From assembly GCA_038523235.1 (NCBI GenBank), contig JBCBJQ010000138.1, forward strand, positions 1 to 13,045: a stretch of 13,045 bases of DNA, written 5' to 3'. A program made the translations under genes and the position numbers. Positions 7,196 through 13,045 of the stretch are shown one piece after another; the stretch's first letter is position 1; each line of letters begins with the position of its first letter. Origin of the DNA: Cyanobacteria bacterium J06626_4 (lineage in GTDB: Bacteria; Cyanobacteriota; Cyanobacteriia; Phormidesmidales; Phormidesmidaceae). The notes under the pieces are model-generated. The model was given only the letters and a program-made list of their open reading frames with translations, ran no database searches and was not told where the DNA came from.

Positions 7196-8491
7196 CTAGA
7201 TGCCGAGCCGTTGATACACCTCGTCCAAATTGCGGAGATGGTGTTTGGGGTCGAAGCAGGCATCCAGGTCAGCGGTGGAAAGATGGGCTTGAACGCGATC
7301 GCTATGGGTCACCAAGGCCCGGAAATCGCCGCCTTCAGTATTCCAAGCCTGATGCGCTAGAGACTGCACAATTTCGTAGGCATCTTCTCGCGTGAGGCCT
7401 TTCTCAACTAGGGACAGCAGCACCCGTTGGCTAAAGACCACGCCGCCGTAAATGTTCATGTTGCGCTGCATGTTTTCGGGGTAGACCAGCAGCTTTTTGA
7501 TCAGCTTGGTGCTTTCTACCAGCATGAAGTGAATCAAAATGCAGGAGTCGGGCAGAATCACCCGCTCGACCGAACTGTGGGAAATATCGCGTTCGTGCCA
7601 CAGGGCAACGTTTTCGAGGGCGGCCATGGCGTTACCGCGAATGATCCGGGCGCAGCCGGTCAACCGCTCCGAACGAATCGGGTTGCGCTTGTGGGGCATG
7701 GCGGAAGAGCCCTTCTGCCCCTTCGAGAAAAATTCCTCTACTTCCAGGACGTCGGTGCGCTGCAGGTTGCGAATCTCGACGGCGAACCGCTCCATTGACG
7801 CGGCGAGGAGGGCCAGCGCGTTCATAAACTCGGCGTGAATGTCGCGCGAGATCACCTGAGTCGAGGCCGTGTCGGGCCGCAGACCCAGCTTTTGGCAAGC
7901 TAGGGATTCAATCCTCGGGTCGATGTTGGCATAGGTGCCCACCGCACCCGAGATTTTGCCGACGGCGATTTTTTCTTCTAAGTGGGTGAGGCGATCGCGG
8001 TGGCGCATCATTTCGGCCAGCCAGCCCGCGAGCTTAAACCCAAAGGTCAACGGTTCAGCATGAATACCGTGGGAGCGCCCAATCATCACCGTGTCCCGGT
8101 GTTCCTGCGCTTGATAGCGAATTGCCTGAATCAGATGCTCTACGTGAGTTTTGATCACCTTGAGGCTTTCCACCAGCTGCACTGAGAGGGCGGTATCCAG
8201 CATGTCAGAGCTGGTCATGCCCAGATGGATATAGCGACCCGCTTCTCCCACATACTCATTCACGCTGGTGAGAAAAGCGATGACATCGTGGCGCACTTCG
8301 GCCTCAATTTCGGCAATGCGCTCGGGGTTGAAATCAGCTTTTGCCTTGATCTCTTCAACGGCCTCTGCCGGAATGTAGCCCAGGTCTGCCTGTGCTTCGC
8401 AGACAGCGATTTCTACCTGGAGCCAAGTTTTGTACTTATAGAGGTCGTTCCAGAGTTCGCCCATCTCGGGCAGTGTATAACGTTCAATCAA
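7196..8491 (-). CDS. purB: Adenylosuccinate lyase (431 aa)
   Basis: Signature GSSAMPHKRNP plus RHDV, HLGMTSSD, GRSHGIHAEP and HERDISHSSVER. TTG at 8491 gives the typical MIERY N-terminus. Confidence 0.97.
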   Translation of the reverse strand: MIERYTLPEMGELWNDLYKYKTWLQVEIAVCEAQADLGYIPAEAVEEIKAKADFNPERIAEIEAEVRHDVIAFLTSVNEYVGEAGRYIHLGMTSSDMLDTALSVQLVESLKVIKTHVEHLIQAIRYQAQEHRDTVMIGRSHGIHAEPLTFGFKLAGWLAEMMRHRDRLTHLEEKIAVGKISGAVGTYANIDPRIESLACQKLGLRPDTASTQVISRDIHAEFMNALALLAASMERFAVEIRNLQRTDVLEVEEFFSKGQKGSSAMPHKRNPIRSERLTGCARIIRGNAMAALENVALWHERDISHSSVERVILPDSCILIHFMLVESTKLIKKLLVYPENMQRNMNIYGGVVFSQRVLLSLVEKGLTREDAYEIVQSLAHQAWNTEGGDFRALVTHSDRVQAHLSTADLDACFDPKHHLRNLDEVYQRLGI

Positions 8492-8609
8492 GGCGACCAG
8501 CAAAAAACAACCGATCCATTCTACATACCGATTGCTTCTTCGCAGTGTTTTTGTTAATCATTCAGCTTGTTGACAGAGTTCGATCAAAAGCTCGCCGAGT
8601 GGCGGCTCA

Positions 8610-11070
8610 TCACTCTGTAGGACGTGTTTTAGGGCGAGGATAGATCACGGGCTCATCTACCAAAACGGCCCAATGAAATCCGGTCACGACCCACAGTGAG
8701 CCGGTCGCCAGGTACAAAACTGTGGTGACTACTCCCAACGTGCTCACCGTCCCAAAGTTCCGCCAGCGGTCGCGCCAACTCAGCCGCCGCTGGCGATCGC
8801 GCCAGCCGTAATAAAGGACAAATAAGCCCAGGCTAACCCCGGTCCAAATCACCCGCGTCACTAGCATGACCGCTTCAGTGGGATGGGGCAACAGCAGCAC
8901 CCGAAAGCCAAGTTCTTCTAGCAAGGCAGGAAGCAGGAGACCTAGCCGCATCGAGACGAAGGATGAATTCGCCAATGTGACGACCGGCAACTTGGCATTG
9001 AACCGACCGAGATTGAGCACGATCGCATAGCCAGCGATACCATACATAAACCAGCCTAAGTCACCCCAGCGCAGCCAGCGCAGCGCTTCAATCAGGCGAG
9101 AAAAAGCGGTCGGAATCACCACATAGTCGCCGAACAGTTCTGTGGGCGCGAGGGGCAAGATAGTGGGATCTTGGCCGCCAACCTGGTTGGTGCGCAGAAA
9201 CCACATCTCAGCTCCGTGATCGAGCAAAATCGCGGCAATGCTGTCGTGGGCAACCCGCGGAATCACGGTGCGCCAGCTCAATGCGCTGCGCAGATAGGCC
9301 ACTCCCGTACTGACCCGATCGCCGCTGTTGCGATCGCGGGTATCGTCAGGCCCTGTGCCCGCGACGCGATCAACATTAACGTTCCAGTCGGCGCGGGCGA
9401 TGCCGAGGGGGACCAATTGCTGCTGTAACTGCTGACCGAGATCGATCAGGTTTTGCAACAGCTGCGTTTGCGGATCGTCAGGATGATCCGCTAGCCAAGC
9501 GACCACTTCGGGGGCGGCCACCTGCTGGCTAATCACCTGAATCGTTTCATACAAAGCCTGGCTCGAATCTTGAATGCAGGAGCGAGCTGGCGTCACGATG
9601 GCACCGGTGCTGCCATCGCCGGTACGATAACGAGCCATCATGATAAATAGCTCACGCTGGAACTCAGCGAAGGGGGTCAGTGTGGTGTTGCCAAACTGGT
9701 AGGTGTGGCTCAATGCAGGAATTTTGACCAGCACATCCGAAATGGGCTACCCCCAGCCAGCCGCGCTGCAGGTTGCCCGTATACTCAGCCCACAGCGTGC
9801 GGCCCGACACGATGCCCTGAGGGCCATGGGCATAGACCTGGTCATAGATGACCTGTAGTTGCAGTTCTTGGGTGAAGGGGTCACGAATGACGGAGCCGAT
9901 GCCATAGGAAAAATGACCGGTCACAGTGCCGGGCAGCGATCGCGCCTCGGCTTGTTCACCCCCAATGCCCCCAAACAGATGAATAACCAACATCTGTTCG
10001 CCTACTTGCCAGGTGGTCAACGGCTCGGTGGCCCCATCGGCCGCGAGCAGCACCGATTGCGTCTGGCCCTTGCGACTGGGGGTGTCGTGCCAGTTGCCAA
10101 AGTTGATATAGTTCAGCGCCGCTTGCGGGGCGTTAATCACCTCATCGGGCTGCAGCTGAAACAGGCGGCGCGGGGCGATCGCCTGCACGACAAACAAGCC
10201 CTCACGGTTCTGAGCGCCATAGAGATACCACCCCGCCGTGCCTGCGGGCGAGTCGGCGAGTCCCTGAGGGGTGGACTGAAAGATGCCGTTGCGATCAGCC
10301 GGTACCTGCGGGATATGCACCGTCTCAATCGCGCCATCAAAGTCCTGGGTGGCCGGATTGTAATGCTGCACGCGCAGGTAGTCGCTGGGGCAGGGCTCCT
10401 GCCCCGGACAGGCTGAGGGGGTCGGGTAGGCCACGTCTGGCCCCAAAATTTTGACCAGTCCATAAAACCGCTCGGGAATTTGCACCGGAATGGCGTCGAT
10501 ACGAATCACTGCGGCGGTTCCCTCACCGCTGACCACCGCCGTCGGCAGCGCCACAATCATGTCGTCTTGGGGGCGCGTGCCCGCTAAAGACTGCAGCGGC
10601 CCCACCTGCGACCAGCCGTTGAGCCGAGTCGGGTGCACGTGCCCCGCTTCAATACTGGTGATCGCGGCGGCATCAAACTCGATGCCTTGGGTCACCAAAT
10701 CTAAGACGGGTTGAATGTCTGGCTCAGGCTGCCATTGCAGCCGCAAGCGCTGCCCAATGAATTGGGGCAGTGGGCTGGTATACACCTCTAGCCAAACCCA
10801 GTCTTGATCATCAGCCGCGGCCTGGGCTTGATCGGGCAAAATGAGTCGGCCTGACCAGGCGGCGACCGGTAAATAGTTAGTTGGAGGCAGCTGATCGGGG
10901 GAATAGTCAACGACCTCGGCAACACTGACGACCGCTGCCGCGCTGACGCGGTGCGTGGGTGCAGGCGCGATCGCCTCGACCTTGAGCATGAATAGCCCGG
11001 CCGCGATCGCCCAGCCCAGCAGCCCAATGATGAGCAATCGCCCGCCACGACCCAATCGGAACGGCTCCAC
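8610..11070 (-). pseudogene. Large cyanobacterial protein with a C-terminal CPBP/Abi (CAAX protease-like) domain, frameshifted at about 9747-9754
   Basis: ORF 9664-11148 reads ...GNLQRGWLG and the adjacent frame continues PISDVLVKIP...MMARYRTGDG into ORF 8610-9734, which has the CPBP motif LEELGFR and a distal HW. Likely start is GTG 11070 with AGGAG 7 nt upstream, followed by a hydrophobic signal/anchor. The joined product is about 820 aa. Confidence 0.82.
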
Positions 11071-11272
11071 AGAACATCTCCTGTCTGATTGAGAAAGCTT
11101 AAAAATCTTGATACGCTCTGCAAACTTTACCTCACCCTTTGTTCCCACGGGGCGCGCTGAACTTGTGATGACTCAGCAATGACTTTTTTAGAGAAGGGGG
11201 TGCAGACTGCGCCTGATTGAGGTGATTTCTCAGTAAGAATTTATCGCTTTGAGGATGCTAACCTCGCGGGCA

Positions 11273-11318
11273 CGGCTTCGCTCAAACGAGGCGTAACGCC
11301 CCAACGAGCCGGTTTTTT
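11273..11318 (+). terminator. Terminator-like branched hairpin with T-tract on the + strand
   Basis: CGGCTTCG...CGAGCCG encloses CTC-aaac-GAG and GCG-taa-CGC, followed by G and TTTTTT. It is antisense to both neighbouring genes. Confidence 0.35.
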
Positions 11319-11368
11319 ATGCCTAGAAATCGCCTTGGGCAACCGCCGAGTTAGAAGGACAGCCAGAC

Positions 11369-11986
11369 TTAGCCCCGTTTGGAAACCGCTGGACAGTCCG
11401 CCATATACCAGCGCCAAGGTAGCTCAACTCCTTGCGTCAAGCCGATGCGAGTCGTTTGCACCAGGTTCATTGAGCCATCGATAATGGATTGTTGAAATGC
11501 CGCAGTTCTGGGTTCTAACCAGAGGGGTTGTCCCACCTCAAAGCGGTTGCCATTGAGGGTGCGATCGATCTGCAAGGCACGGCAGAGCTTGCCAGGGCCA
11601 GCCGCCACGCGCTGTGGTTTTTGCCGCTGTTTTTCGTCGATCCAGGGGGGTAGGCGATCGAGCTCTAAGGCCCGAATCAGCACGGCACTGGGCACGGTGT
11701 CCCGATTGGTGACCACGTTGATGCAGTGATACATGCCATAGATCAGGTAAACGTAGCAAAGACCGGGTGGCCCAAACATCACCTCATTGCGAGCAGTGCG
11801 GCGACGATAGGCGTGGCAGGCCGGGTCACCGGGGGTGTAGGCTTCAGTTTCGACAATGACGCCGCGATAAAGGCTACCGTCATCAAATCGCCGGACAAGA
11901 CTGCAGCCAATCAGGTCGGGGGCCACGTCAGTGGCGGGGCGGCGGAGCCAATCAGCGGCAACGGCGGGAACGGTGGAATGTGTCAT
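11369..11986 (-). CDS. mpg: DNA-3-methyladenine glycosylase (MPG/AAG family)
   Basis: Motifs [54 protein letters not shown] and PWRWY. Start placed at ATG 11986. Confidence 0.95.
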   Translation of the reverse strand: MTHSTVPAVAADWLRRPATDVAPDLIGCSLVRRFDDGSLYRGVIVETEAYTPGDPACHAYRRRTARNEVMFGPPGLCYVYLIYGMYHCINVVTNRDTVPSAVLIRALELDRLPPWIDEKQRQKPQRVAAGPGKLCRALQIDRTLNGNRFEVGQPLWLEPRTAAFQQSIIDGSMNLVQTTRIGLTQGVELPWRWYMADCPAVSKRG

Positions 11987-12061
11987 GCTCCCTGTATAGC
12001 GAGAGTCGGCACCGTGCCGCAAGGGGCAATCGGAGGCAGCATCAGTGCTTCAAGAAAAGTG

Positions 12062-12085
12062 GAGGGTAGGGAGTAGAGGGTAGAG
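12062..12085 (+). repeat. Purine-rich heptamer tandem repeat (STRR-like)
   Basis: GAGGGTA-GGGAGTA-GAGGGTA-GAG in the divergent mpg/kinase intergenic region. Confidence 0.55.
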
Positions 12086-12160
12086 CCATCACGATCGCTG
12101 GTGTTTTTCACGCTTATTCGGTCACAATCGTTTCTGTTCATCTCTCAGCGTCAGCAGCCT

Positions 12161-13021
12161 ATGTGGAATGAAATCGCTCAAGAAATTAGCCGAGTGACCG
12201 AGCGACCATTTGAAATTCAAGATCGGCGCAGCATTGGCGGTGGCAGCATTAACCAGGCCTATCGCCTGACTGACGGCGATCGCGATTTCTTTCTTAAACT
12301 CAACCAGGCGGCGCAGTACGCCATGTTTGAAGCAGAGGCGCTGGGATTAAAGGAAATGGCCGATAGCCACACCATTCGAGTGCCGCGACCGATTTGCTGG
12401 GGAGTCATGGATGGCTCGTCCTACATCGTGATGGAGTATCTGCCGCTGGGCAATAGCAGTCGCGATGCTTGGTATCAGATGGGTCAGCAGTTGGCCGCGA
12501 TGCATCGGGTGGTCAGCGATCGCGGGTTTGGCTGGCATCGCGACAACACCATTGGCGACACGCCGCAAAAAAATCCGTGGACGGCGGACTGGGTGACGTT
12601 CTATGGCGAGCATCGTCTGCGCTATCAGCTGCAGCTCGCCAACCGGCGGGGCAATTTTCCGCGTCAGGCGGAACTGCTAGCCGCGCTACCCTTACTGCTG
12701 GCCGGCCATGAACCGCTGCCGTCGCTGGTACACGGCGACCTGTGGTCGGGCAATGCCTCGGTGACAGTGGATGGCACGCCGGTGATTTTAGATCCGGCGA
12801 CCTATTACGGCGATCGCGAAGTTGATATCGCCATGACCGAAGTGTTTGGCGGTTTTCCTCAAGCTTTTTACGAGGGCTACAACGCCGCCTATCCGCTCGC
12901 GGCGGGCTATGAAAAGCGCAAAATTCTCTACAACCTCTATCACATCCTCAATCACTTCAATCTCTTTGGCGGCGGCTACGGCAGCCAAGCCCAAAGCATG
13001 ATAGATCGCCTGTTGCGATAA
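12161..13021 (+). CDS. Fructosamine/ketoamine kinase family protein (286 aa)
   Basis: Motifs GGGSIN, FFLK, MFEAEALGL, FGWHRDNTIG, SLVHGDLWSGN, DPATYYGDREVD and LYNLYHILNHFNLFG. Start placed at ATG 12161. Confidence 0.95.
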   Translation: MWNEIAQEISRVTERPFEIQDRRSIGGGSINQAYRLTDGDRDFFLKLNQAAQYAMFEAEALGLKEMADSHTIRVPRPICWGVMDGSSYIVMEYLPLGNSSRDAWYQMGQQLAAMHRVVSDRGFGWHRDNTIGDTPQKNPWTADWVTFYGEHRLRYQLQLANRRGNFPRQAELLAALPLLLAGHEPLPSLVHGDLWSGNASVTVDGTPVILDPATYYGDREVDIAMTEVFGGFPQAFYEGYNAAYPLAAGYEKRKILYNLYHILNHFNLFGGGYGSQAQSMIDRLLR

Positions 13022-13045
13022 GAGGCTCACGGGCCACTGGTGTTT

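Larger units (their letters stand above)
2443..12817. repeat. HIP1 octamer GCGATCGC, dispersed (about 19 copies)
   Basis: Manual count found copies starting at 2443, 2757, 2933, 3424, 3563, 4819, 5601, 5955, 7295, 7991, 8793, 9330, 9936, 10175, 10967, 11003, 12276, 12516 and 12810. HIP1 is a hallmark of many cyanobacterial genomes. Confidence 0.93.

Noticed and set aside
5963..7294. HIP1 depletion as evidence of an island
   Set aside because: A gap of similar size (3571-4818) occurs inside murJ, so 1.3 kb without HIP1 is not informative.
11245..11318. Glutamine (glnA) riboswitch or Yfr1 RNA
   Set aside because: It lacks the GGAAGTA/GAAG junction of glnA motifs and the ACTCCTCACAC motif of Yfr1.
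44..13030. Numerous antisense or alternative-frame ORFs in the track (e.g. 44-358, 2089-2301, 4494-4910, 7427-7798, 9859-10416, 12347-12613)
   Set aside because: They shadow well-supported genes, show no recognisable motifs, and are expected in GC-rich coding DNA.

Overview
Cyanobacterial chromosome segment. About 19 HIP1 (GCGATCGC) sites, heptamer tandem repeats and cyanobacteria-type genes support this. The housekeeping genes murJ, truB, purB, mpg and a fructosamine kinase are intact. They are interspersed with accessory genes: a large WD40 repeat gene broken by an in-frame TAG, a DUF29 gene, a secreted TPR protein, two small hypothetical genes, and a large CPBP/Abi-type protein broken by a frameshift. 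The most unusual structure is at 1608-2313. The DUF29 gene sits between two 86-bp direct repeats (81/86 identical) that duplicate the WD40 gene's 3' end. The second copy keeps an open frame encoding an alternative C-terminus. The repeat is GC-rich like the host genes, while the WD40 body is AT-richer and HIP1-free, suggesting a cassette insertion or exchange site. Candidate regulatory or RNA structures occur upstream of the TPR gene, around the orphan gene at 6272-6691, and at 11245-11318. No integrase, transposase, reverse transcriptase, CRISPR array, tRNA or rRNA was seen. Family assignments come from motif recognition, not database searches.
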